Origin: Scyliorhinus canicula
Taxonomy: Eukaryota
DNA: 64,000 nucleotides
Reading direction: 5' to 3'
Assembly: GCF_902713615.1 (NCBI RefSeq)
Contig: NC_052164.1
Span: forward strand, 9,339,088-9,403,087
Under the pieces are notes generated by a model that was given only the letters and a program-made list of their open reading frames with translations, searched no databases and was not told where the DNA came from. The position numbers and the translations under genes are program-made. Positions 24,724 through 35,105 of the stretch are shown piece after piece. How positions within the stretch are numbered: position 1 is the first letter of the stretch; every line of letters starts with the position of its first letter.

Positions 24724-27000
24724 GCACGCACACACCCGCGCACACGCACATGCACCCACACGCACATGCAGCCACCCCCCACACGCACATGCACCCACAC
24801 GCACATGCACCCACACGCACATGCAGCCACCCCCCACACGCACGCACACGCACATGCACCCACACGCACATGCACCCACCCCCCACACGCACGCACACGC
24901 CCGCGCACACGCACATGCACCCTCACGCACATGCACCCACCCCCCACATGCACATACACTCACCCCCCACACGCACAGACATTCACCCCCCACATGCACA
25001 TACACCCAACCCCACACGCACATGCACTCACCCCCCACACGCACATGCACTCACCCCCCACACGCACATACACTCACCCCCACACGCACATATACTCACC
25101 CCCCACACGCACATGCACCCACCCCCCACACGCACATACACTCACCCCCCCCACACGCACATGCACTCACCCCCCACACGCACATGCACTCACCCCCCAC
25201 ACGCACATGCACTCACCCCTCACACGCACATGCACTCACCCCCCCACACGCACATGCACCCACCCCCCACACGCACATGCACCCACCCCCACATGCACAT
25301 GCACTCACCCCCACACGCGCATGCACCCACCCCCACACGCGCATGCACCCACCCCCCACACGCACATGCACTCACCCCCACACGCACATGCACTCACCCC
25401 CACACGCACATGCACTCACCCCCACACGCACATGCACTCACCCCTCGCATGTACATGCACCCACCTCCCACGCGCACATGCACCCACCCCCCACATGCAC
25501 ATGCACTCACCCCTCACATGCACATGCACTCACCCTCCACACGCGCATGCACTCACCCCTCACATGCACATGCACTCATCCTCCACACGCGCATGCACTC
25601 ACCCCTCACATGCACATGCACTCACCCTCCACACGCGCATGCACTCACCCCTCACATGCACCCACCCACCACACGCACATACACTCACCCCCCACATGGA
25701 CATACACTCATCCCCACACGCGCATGCACCCACCCCCCACACACGCATGCACCACCCCCCACACGCACATGCACTCACCCCCACACGCACATGCACCCAC
25801 CCCACACACGCACATGCACCCACCCCCCACACGCACGCACACGCCCGCGCACACGCACATGCACCCTCACGCACATGCACCCACCCCCCACATGCACATA
25901 CACTCACCCCCCACACGCACAGACATTCACCCCCCACATGCACATACACCCAACCCCACACGCACATGCACTCACCCCCCACACGCACATGCACTCACCC
26001 CCCACACGCACATACACTCACCCCCACACGCACATATACTCACCCCCCACACGCACATGCACCCACCCCCCACACGCACATACACTCACCCCCCCACACG
26101 CACATGCACTCACCCCCCACACGCACATGCACTCACCCCACACACGCACATGCACTCACCCCCCACACGCACATGCACTCACCCCTCACACGCACATGCA
26201 CTCACCCCCCACACGCACATGCACCCACCCCCCACACGCACATGCACCCACCCCCACATGCACATGCACTCACCCCCACACGCGCATGCACCCACCCCCC
26301 ACACGCGCATGCACCCACCCCCCACACGCACATGCACTCACCCCCACACGCACATGCACTCACCCCCACACGCACATGCACTCACCCCCACACGCACATG
26401 CACTCACCCCTCGCATGCACATGCACCCACCTCCCACGCGCACATGCACCCACCCCCCACATGCACATGCACTCACCCCTCACATGCACATGCACTCACC
26501 CTCCACACGCGCATGCACTCACCCCTCACATGCACATGCACTCATCCTCCACACGCGCATGCACTCACCCCTCACATGCACATGCACTCACCCTCCACAC
26601 GCGCATGCACTCACCCCTCACATGCACCCACCCACCACACGCACATACACTCACCCCCCACATGGACATACACTCATCCCCACACGCGCATGCACCCACC
26701 CCCCACACACGCATGCACCACCCCCCACACGCACATGCACTCACCCCCACACGCACATGCACCCACCCCACACACGCACATGCACCCACCCCCCACACGC
26801 ACATGCACCCACCCCCACACGCACATGCACTCACCCCCCACACCCAATCACCCCACTCACACAAACCCATCCCACACACCACACCCCCCACCCCCCACAA
26901 CTAACTACCCACACACAGCCAACCACCCCACGCACACACAACCACCCACAAACCCCACACATATCCACCATGTCCACGCCCACACCCCACACACACACAC
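24724..27000 (+). repeat. C/A-rich minisatellite (~21-22 bp unit cacacgcacatgcactcacccc) with higher-order ~0.95 kb duplication
   Basis: Rare variants recur at offsets of 944 (agacattc 24977/25921) and 966 (catggacata 25695/26661). Confidence 0.95.
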
Positions 27001-27084
27001 TAATTGGTATACTTGTCTGATTGTCGCTTTATAAATGGCATTCGAACTGCAAATGCATCCTTTCTACACTTAGATCCCAATTAT

Positions 27085-27826
27085 GGGCGCGATTCAGCCA
27101 CGGCGCTTCGTTGAGGGGAATCCTGTGAGAATGCCATCTGGCTCATTTAAATACCTGGATGCTGTGAGCATCCGACTCCTGGAGTCAACGGCCGCCCCTG
27201 CGAGACCTCAACTGTGTACGGTTTAGCACGGGTTTCCAGAAACATGGACCATGGGTGATGGCACCTCGGGTGGGGGCGGGTCTCGCACGTCATTAGAGCC
27301 CCCCTGGGTGGTCATGGACAGAGCAGGGGTAGTACTGTGGCACTCCCCTGGCACCCAGGTGCCTTGGCACGACCAGTCTGGCACCTTGGCCGTTCCAAAT
27401 GGCCACCCTACCAGTGCCACCTGGGCTCTACCAGGGTACCTGGGTAGCACTGCGAGGTTCGCAGTGCCAGGATGCCTGGGTGCCAGGTTGGCACTGACAG
27501 GGGTTGGGCCTTGGGAGGACTTGCCCAGGAGGGAGGGTGGGTGGGATCAAAGGAACAATAAACGGCCTGAAAGAGGGTGTAGAGATTGGAGCAATCATTC
27601 GAAATGGCGCCACGATCCGTGAGGAGCCTGTGTAGGGAAAATGCTTAACTGTGGCCTTGACGCAGAGAAACTCACCGCGAAACTCACCGCGAAACTCACC
27701 GCGATCCCAAAATAACGGCAAAGTGCCATTGAATAGTGGGGTCAATCTCCGTGAGTCAGCCACAGAGAAACACCCCGCCAAACGCACCCAAGAACAGATC
27801 AGAATGTTTTCCGCTGAATCGTGCTG
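27085..27826. mobile_element. Older TIR MITE related to the GC-rich family
   Basis: GGGCGCGATTCAGC ... GCTGAATCGTGCTG imperfect TIRs. Confidence 0.55.
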
Positions 27827-28299
27827 TGTGTATCACGTTAGAATCCCATCTTTACTTATCAAAGCTGATCGCCTCCAGTTGTTTCAGTTACCCGTGGTCC
27901 CTTTTCTTGTCCCTATAATTCCCCCTTTCTAGCCTAGTTTCGGTTTTTAAACATATGGAAGATGGTAAAGAAATATTGAAACACTCGACCAAATATCTTC
28001 TGATTTCTCTCAGCCTGTTTGAAGGAGAGCAAACCCCATCTCTCTGTGTAATTTAAGTAATCATCCCAATCTCCATTCCAGTAAACCTCTCCTAATGATA
28101 TCTGAGATACAAAATCCTTCTCTGATTGATTTGATTTGATTTATTGTCACATGTACTGAAGTAAAGTGAAAAGTATTTTTCAGCGGCCGAGCGAACGTAC
28201 ATTGACAAATGGTACATCGACAAACAGTGATTGGTTACATTGCGGAAAAAGGGGCCAAACAAAGCAAATACATGAGCAAGAGCAGCAACTGTCTCGCTC

Positions 28300-29480
28300 A
28301 TTTGGCCCTGATGTACGAGGTGATGCATTTTGGGAGGACTAACGAGGCAAGGGAGTTGGCTGCTAGGAAGTACAGAGGAGCGAAGGGACCTTTTGGATGC
28401 ATGTCCAGAGGTCCATAAAGGAAGCAGGACACAAATAGAAAATACTGTACAATCGCCGCAGATCTGACAGCATCTGTGGAGAGAGAAGGAACCTCATGTT
28501 GCGAGCCTGGGTGACTCTTTGTCAAAGCATACGGAATACTTGCCTGCGTTGGCCGAGGCATAGAATATAAGAGCAGGGAGGTTATGACGGAGCTGTATGA
28601 AACGCTTGTTAGGCCGCAGCTAGAATACTGTGTGCAGTTCTGGTCATGCTGTGATTGCAGTGGAGAGGGTGCAGAGGAGATTCACCAGGATGTTGCCTGA
28701 GCTGGAGCACTTCACCAGTGAACAGAGGCTAGTTAGCCTGGGGTTATTCCCCTTGGAGTAGAGAAGGCTAGGTGGAGGTCCTCTAAGAGGTGTATGAAAT
28801 TTTGAGGGATACATAGGTACATAAGGATTAGGAGTGGAAGTAGGCAATTCAGCCCTTCGAGCTTGCTCCGTCATTCAATCAGATCATGGCTGATCTCTTC
28901 CTGGTCTCAAATCCACCTCCCCACTGTTCCCCATATCCCTTTAACCCGTTTAAAAAAAATCAGAAATATATCCTACTCCTTCTTGAAACCATTTAATATT
29001 TCAGATTCCACCGCACTCTGGGGCAGTGAGGTCCACAAATTCACCACCCTTTGCGAGAATTAGTTCCTCCTCATCTCAGTTTTAAATCTACTGTCTCTCA
29101 ACCTATAGCTGTGCCCTCCCGTTCTAGATTGCCCCACAAGGGGATAGAAGGGGAGATAGGAAGAAACCTTTGCACTTCGTAGAGGGGTCAATAACCAGGC
29201 AGCATAGATTTAAGGTAATGGGCAGGAGGCTTAGACGGGATTTGAGGGAAAACGTTTCACCCAGAGGATGGGAGGAACCTGGAACTCGCTGCCTGAAAGA
29301 ATGGTCGAGGCAAGAATCCTCGCAACAGTTGAGAAGCATTTAGATCAACACTTGAAGCACCATAGCATACAAGGCTGTGGATCAAATCCTGCAAAATTGA
29401 ATTAGAATCGATAGGTGCTTGATGGCCTGCACTGATGTGATGGGCTGAAAGGCCTCTTTTTGTGCTGAAAAATGTTCTGA
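28300..29480 (+). mobile_element. CR1 3' fragment with nested minus-strand CR1 tail (~28810-29140) and Penelope-like insert (~28425-28530)
   Basis: YEVMHFGRTN, RPQLEYCVQFWS and RRFTRMLP motifs. Confidence 0.8.
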
Positions 29481-29987
29481 CTATATTAATGCTGTGGTCA
29501 GTGATACACGTGCACACACTTGACATTTCACTGTGAAATTCTAGCTCTCCCTCGTGTCGTCCGACTACAGCCTCTGACAGCCTGACCATCATTTGCTGCC
29601 TCTATGTAGCACTATATTTGAGCAGCTCTGCAAGAAAGGAAAGAGAAAATGCTGGAAAATCTCAGCAGGTCTGGCAGCATCTGTAGGGAGAGAAAAGAGC
29701 TAACGTTTCGAGTCTGGATGACCCTTTGAGCTCTGTTCTTTACTGCACATTGTGTATTTACTATTATAAACAACTGGTATTCATGACGTGACGTTTCTTC
29801 AAGTTCGACCCATCTCCAAATTTCTTAAATTTGCAAACCCCCCCCTCACCCCAGGCCCACGTGAAGCTTTGCAGTTCTTCCACATTTCCATTGCTTTTCA
29901 GTACCAAACTATTTCCAAAACTATTTTCCCTGTTGTAATTATTCGATGTTCTGAATGAGAGCGGTGTTAATTAACTCCGATCTTCTA

Positions 29988-30210
29988 GGGCAGCACAGTG
30001 GCACAGTGGTTAGCATTGTTGCCTACGTCACTGAGGACCCGGGTTCGAATCCCGGCCCTGGGTCACTGTCCGTGTGGAGTTTGCACATTCTCCCCGTGTC
30101 TGCGTGCGTTTCACCCCCACAATTCAAAAGATGTGCAGGCTAGGTGGATTGGCCAGGCTAAATTGCCCCTTAATTGGAAAAAATAATTGGATACTCTAAA
30201 TTTAAAAAAA
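29988..30210 (+). mobile_element. V-SINE type C
   Basis: TSD aactccgatcttcta. Confidence 0.9.
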
Positions 30211-30597
30211 AACTCCGATCTTCTAATTTCCTGTGTGTGTGTCTGTGTCTGTGTGTGTGTGTGTGTGTTCTGTATCCTATCTGTTACCCTGTTTCGTACC
30301 CAGCGCCATTTTCAGCCTGGCATGTGACACTAATGTGGAATGTGAATTCAATACACAAAGCTGTAGAATTAAAAGCATAATGATGACCACAAGACGATTG
30401 TTGTAACAAGCCACCTGGTTCACTAATGTCCTTCCATTAGGGAAGGAAATCTGCCGTCCTTACCTGGTCTGGCCTACATGTGACTCCAGCAATGTGGTTG
30501 ACTCTGCAATGCCGTGTGAAATGGACTGGCAAGCCACTCCGTTCAAGGGCAATTAATTAATCTGCATGAGGGGGGACCGTAATAGTAGTTGGACAAA

Positions 30598-30822
30598 AGG
30601 GCAGTATGTGGTGCAGTGGTTAGCACTGGGACTGCGGCGCTGAGGCCCCGGGATCGAATCCCGGCCCTGGGTCACTGTCCGTGTGGAGTTTGCACATTCT
30701 CCCCATGTCTGGGTGGGTTTCGCCCCCACAACCCAAAGATGTGCAGTTAGGTGGATTGGCCACGCTAAATTGCCCCTTAATTAGAAAAAAATAATAATTG
30801 GGTCCTCTAAATTTATTAAACA
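30598..30822 (+). mobile_element. V-SINE type C
   Basis: TSD-like aatagtagttggaca on both sides. Confidence 0.88.
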
Positions 30823-31268
30823 AGAAATAGTAGTTGGACAGTTGGCATGCGGCTGAGGAGGGGAGGGGAGTGGGCAGTTGCTGTGAGGTTTGTGGGGGTG
30901 AGTGGGTGGCTGGTGTGAGGTTTGGGGAGGTGAATGTGGCGGCCAGTGTTGAGCAGTTGGTTTGAAACGCTGTTGCCAATGTATGCGGGGCCAATGAAGG
31001 CAGTCCGACAAAACCAAATCAACACGAGATAAGTTAGGCATATTAAAAGGACCATCATGAAAAAGCGTTTGTGATATTTTCCCACTTGCTTATGTTGACA
31101 AAATCCACCTGGTCACTTCACTGGTAGGCAAAAAACAAATCTTGGAAAACTCATGTTGAATCTGCTCTTCTCCAAATTTTAATATTTGCCGTTGCTGTAA
31201 TGTAATGCTGTAATGCAATGATGTAGGTTGTTCCCAACTTGTCTTTAATTATCTTCACCTTTATTCAG

Positions 31269-31357
31269 GCCACCAGCAACATCAGCCAGATGCGGAGCCT
31301 CAAACCCCGGCCTACACTCCGCCCGCTGCACCATGTGCCCCGCCTCCCTCAGCTGGG
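31269..31357 (+). CDS. LASP1: LASP1 penultimate coding exon (Pro/Gln-rich linker), (G)HQQHQPDAEPQTPAYTPPAAPCAPPPSAG
   Basis: Acceptor ctttattcag|GC and donor GGG|gtaagt. 89 nt, phase 1 in and phase 0 out, which joins the flanking exons exactly in frame. Confidence 0.88.
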
Positions 31358-31578
31358 GTAAGTTCTGAACCTGTTTAACCCCTCTGCTTGTTCCCTCGGT
31401 ACTGCTGTGGGAAGGTGAAGAAAGAAAGAACTTCCATTTCTATAACACCTTGCCTGACTTCAGGAGGCCCAGCCAATCGACAACTATTATAATGTTGGAA
31501 ATGCTGCAAGCAATATTCTCCATGGCAAGGTCCCACAAAGAAGAATGAGACAAATAAACAGATATCTGCCCATGTGAT

Positions 31579-32078
31579 TTTTCTTTTTTAAATTTAGGGT
31601 GCCAATTCATTTTTTCCAATTGAGGGGCAATTTAGCCTGGCCAATCCACCTAACCTGCACATCTTTGGGTTGTGGGGGCGAAACCCACACAGACACGGGG
31701 AGAATGTGCAAACTCCACACGGACAGTGACCCAGAATCGAACCTGGGACCTCGGCGCCGTGAGGTCGCAGGGCTAACCCACTGCGCCACCGTGCTGCCCT
31801 TGCCCATGTGATGTTGATGGGGGATAAATATTGGCCAGAATAATGGGAAGAAGGGCAGCACGGTGGCGCAGTGGTTAGCACTGCTGCCTCACGGCGCCGA
31901 GGTCCCAGGTTCGATCCCGGCTCTGGGTCACTGTCCTTGTGGAGTTTGCACATTCTCCCCGTGTCTGCGTGGGTTTCACCCCCACAACCCAAAGATGTGC
32001 AGGCTAGGTGGATTGGCCACGCTAAATTGCCCCTTCATTGGAAAAAATGAATTGGGTATCTAAATTTATTTTAAAAAA
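31579..32078. mobile_element. Head-to-head pair of type C SINEs (- 31579-31800, + 31853-32078) inside a Deu-SINE remnant
   Basis: Separate TSDs tgcccatgtgat and aataatgggaagaa; ~52 bp spacer. Confidence 0.9.
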
Positions 32079-32789
32079 ATAATGGGAAGAACACCGCTGG
32101 ACTTTTTCGAAGTAGTGCCATGGGATCTTTTCTATCTCACTCAGTGGGTGGATGGGGGATTGGTTCAGTGTCTCATCTGAAACTCGAGGCCTCTGATGGT
32201 GGAGCAGTATTGCCCTGGAAATGGATTAACAGATGCACAGTGGCAGTGTAAGACGCACTGCAGCAATTGATCAAGACTCCTTTGACAATACCTTCCAAAT
32301 TCGCGACCTCTACCACCTAGAAGGACAAAGGCAGCTGATGCATGGGTACACGGCCACCAAGCCGCGCATGATTCTGACTTGGAACTATATCCATGTTTCT
32401 TCATGTCGCTGGATTCCCAAAGCCCTGGAACCCCCCCCCCTAGCAGCACTGTGGGTGTACCTACACCATACGTTTCAAGAAGGCGGCTCACCGTGCAACT
32501 AGGGGTGGGGGCCCAAAGCTGGCCTCGCCAGTGTTAAGACCACCCCCAAGTGAGGATCCCCAAATTTGTTTATCCGGGCAAGACTCCTCGACTTGTCACC
32601 ATCCGGCTCGCATACCCCCAAATTGTTACAAATCTGGGTGGGGAGGGAGGGAGGGAGGACTGGCTCCGTCTTTATTCAACCCCCTTTACTGGCAGCAACA
32701 AGGTTTAAGCTAACTAAGATTCCCTTCCCTGATAGTTATGTATAAAAAGGAGTGATTTAACCAGACGTTCCTGAGTTAAATTGGAGTAA

Positions 32790-33133
32790 AGGCAGCACGG
32801 TAGCATTGTGGATAGCACAATTGCTTCACAGCTCCAGGGTCCCAGGTTCGATTCCGGCTTGGGTCACTGTCTGTGCGGAGTCTGCACATCCTCCCCGTGT
32901 GTGCGTGGGTTTCCTCCGGGTGCTCCGGTTTCCTCTCACAGTCCAAAGATGTGCGGGTTAGGTGGATTGGCCGTGATAAATTTCCCTTAGTGTCCAAAAT
33001 TGCCCTTAGTGTTGGATGGGGTTACTGGGTTATGGGGATAGGGTGGAGGTGTTGACCTTGGGTAGGGTGCTCTTTCCAAGAGCCGGTGCAGACTCGATGG
33101 GCCGAATGGCCTCCTTCTGCACTGTAAATTCTA
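32790..33133 (+). mobile_element. HE1/V-SINE type B
   Basis: Full copy. Confidence 0.9.
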
Positions 33134-33906
33134 ATTCTAAATTTATAAACTATTAAAAAGGTCATGAGGAAAATGGTAAAACACATGTTTATACATTCAT
33201 ACAAATTAGATGTGAGAATTGAGTCCAATTTTAAGTAAATATAAGTAAGAAGGTAGACGGAACAGTCCTTGACTTGTGAGGAGTAGATGTTGAAGTGTGC
33301 GGCCATTACGATTTGATTCCAGTAGAGTTCACCAGTAGGCAAATAGCTGAGTCCAGTGTTCTGTGGTTTGGCAAAGAAATTCTCCAGTTCCTCTTTCCAG
33401 TTGGGATGTTTTTGCTGGCTGGGCTGATTTCCTCTGTCAGAGAGAGACCTTTGAGATGTGCAGCCGCTTATCCATTCAGAGTATACACAGACCACTGGCT
33501 TATAACCTGTTCCTTGTATATTCCGAGTGAAAAATGGAATCCACCAGCCTGGCTCAGCATTACGCACAGGATCTTTTGAGATGAGATAGCCATTATGTCC
33601 CTTTGCCTTTACTGAAGATGGTAATCAGTCCCTGGATGGTTCTGGAAGTACCTTTTCTAGAAACAGGGAGGGGGCTGCATTGTCCCTTAAAGAAATAGAA
33701 ATTCCTTCCAGTGGCTGACTGTACATTCTCAGCCATCCTTGGAGTTTGTGTTCATTTGAAACAAAGTAAGCTTGGGTCTTTTTAAAGTTCAGCATTTCTT
33801 TTTTTTTTAATTTAGAGTACCCAATTATTTTTTTTTCCAATTAAGGGGCAATTTAGTGTGGCCGGTCCACCTGGACTGCACATCTTTGGGTTGTGGGGGT
33901 GAAACC

Positions 33907-34299
33907 TGTCATGATATGCAAACATGCAACCAATGAACACTCAGAGTAGGACACAGCCAATGGGCAGTCAGGACACTGAGAGGTGGCATCACCACAAGGG
34001 GGCATGACATAAACACTATAAAAGGGATGAGGCACTCACACCCTGCCTCTTTCCACAGACAGACATCTAGAGAGTTAGACAGGGCTGATCAGCAACATCA
34101 CACCCCAGCACGTGGCTTAGAGCAAGCTGCTGCAGTTAGACTGAGTTACTACAGTTAGATTAGCAGAGAGTCGAACTCATTTGAGAACGGTGTTAATAGT
34201 TCAATAAACACGTTGAACTCATTTCAGAGTCAGGAACATCCTTTAGTTAAGACTGCATCAAGTAGCAACCTGTGTTATCTGAAGCAGCATAACACAACA
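33907..34299 (+). mobile_element. Solo LTR inserted into a type C SINE (33800-34422, -)
   Basis: TGT...ACA termini, 5-bp TSD aaacc/gaacc, two CCAAT, TATAAAA (~34017), AATAAA (34203); the SINE sequence resumes precisely. Confidence 0.85.
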
Positions 34300-34570
34300 G
34301 AACCCACGCAGGCACAGGGAGAACGTGCAAACTCCACATGGCCAGTGACCCAGGGCGGGGGTTCGAACCCGGGTCCTCAGCGCCGTAGTCCCAGTGCTAA
34401 CCATTGCGCCACCGTGCTCCCCTAAAGTTCAGCATTTCTCGCATAATTCTGTGGTTTGTTCTCCAGCGCTCATCCCGTGAAGTAATAATGAAAAATATTC
34501 TCACGTCTCTGGAATAGGACTTGAATCCAGAACCTTCCTGTCTAGAGGCAAAGCTGTCACCCACTGAGCT

Positions 34571-34773
34571 CAGTAAGAAGTCTTACAACACCAGGTTAAA
34601 GTCCAACATGTTTGTTTCAAACACTAGCTTTCGGAGCACTGCTCCTCCCTCACCTGAGGAAGGGGCAGTGTTCCAAAAGCTAGTGTTTGAAATAAACCTG
34701 TTGGACTTTAACCTGGTGTTGTAAGACTTCTTACTGTGCTCACCCCAGTCCAACGCCGGCATCTCCACATCAT
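34571..34773. mobile_element. Penelope-like inverted-repeat insertion with degenerate minimal hammerhead motifs
   Basis: ~82-bp inverted arms (34571-34736), 12-bp TSD acccactgagct, CTGAGGA-stem-(G)AAAGCTA motif. Confidence 0.7.
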
Positions 34774-34931
34774 ACCCACTGAGCTGTCATTTAGTGAGCG
34801 TCCAGATGGTCGACATTGACCATGGAACCATCCTGGAAGGAGGGGGCAAAGTGTGTGTTTTGGGGATGGGGTTGGGGAGTGGGTGGGATTACCCTTTGGC
34901 AACCTCTCTTTTATTTTGTCTTGTTTTGTAG

Positions 34932-35105
34932 AAGAGATATCGGGCTGTGTACGACTATGCAGCTGCTGATGACGATGAGATCTCATTCCAAGACGGCGAC
35001 TTAATTGTTGATGTACAACAGATTGACGAAGGGTGGATGTATGGCACCGTGGAGAGAACGGGTGACACGGGCATGCTGCCAGCTAACTATGTGGAAGCAG
35101 TGTAA
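34932..35105 (+). CDS. LASP1: LASP1 last coding exon, C-terminal SH3 domain [57 protein letters not shown]
   Basis: Acceptor ttgttttgtag|AAG; 57 codons plus TAA. Near-identical to the LASP1 SH3 (YRAVYDY...[22 protein letters not shown]). Confidence 0.96.
   Translation, partial: KRYRAVYDYAAADDDEISFQDGDLIVDVQQIDEGWMYGTVERTGDTGMLPANYVEAV

Noticed and set aside
24551-27034. 827/812/712-aa His/Pro/Thr-rich ORFs
   Set aside because: All three + frames are open because the C/A minisatellite cannot form stops; only 24608-24719 is a real exon.
34932-35105. Nebulette/LASP2 or nebulin identity for the SH3 exon
   Set aside because: The KRYRAVYDY start, [16 protein letters not shown], the short two-exon linker and the downstream LASP1NB-like ORF fit LASP1 better.
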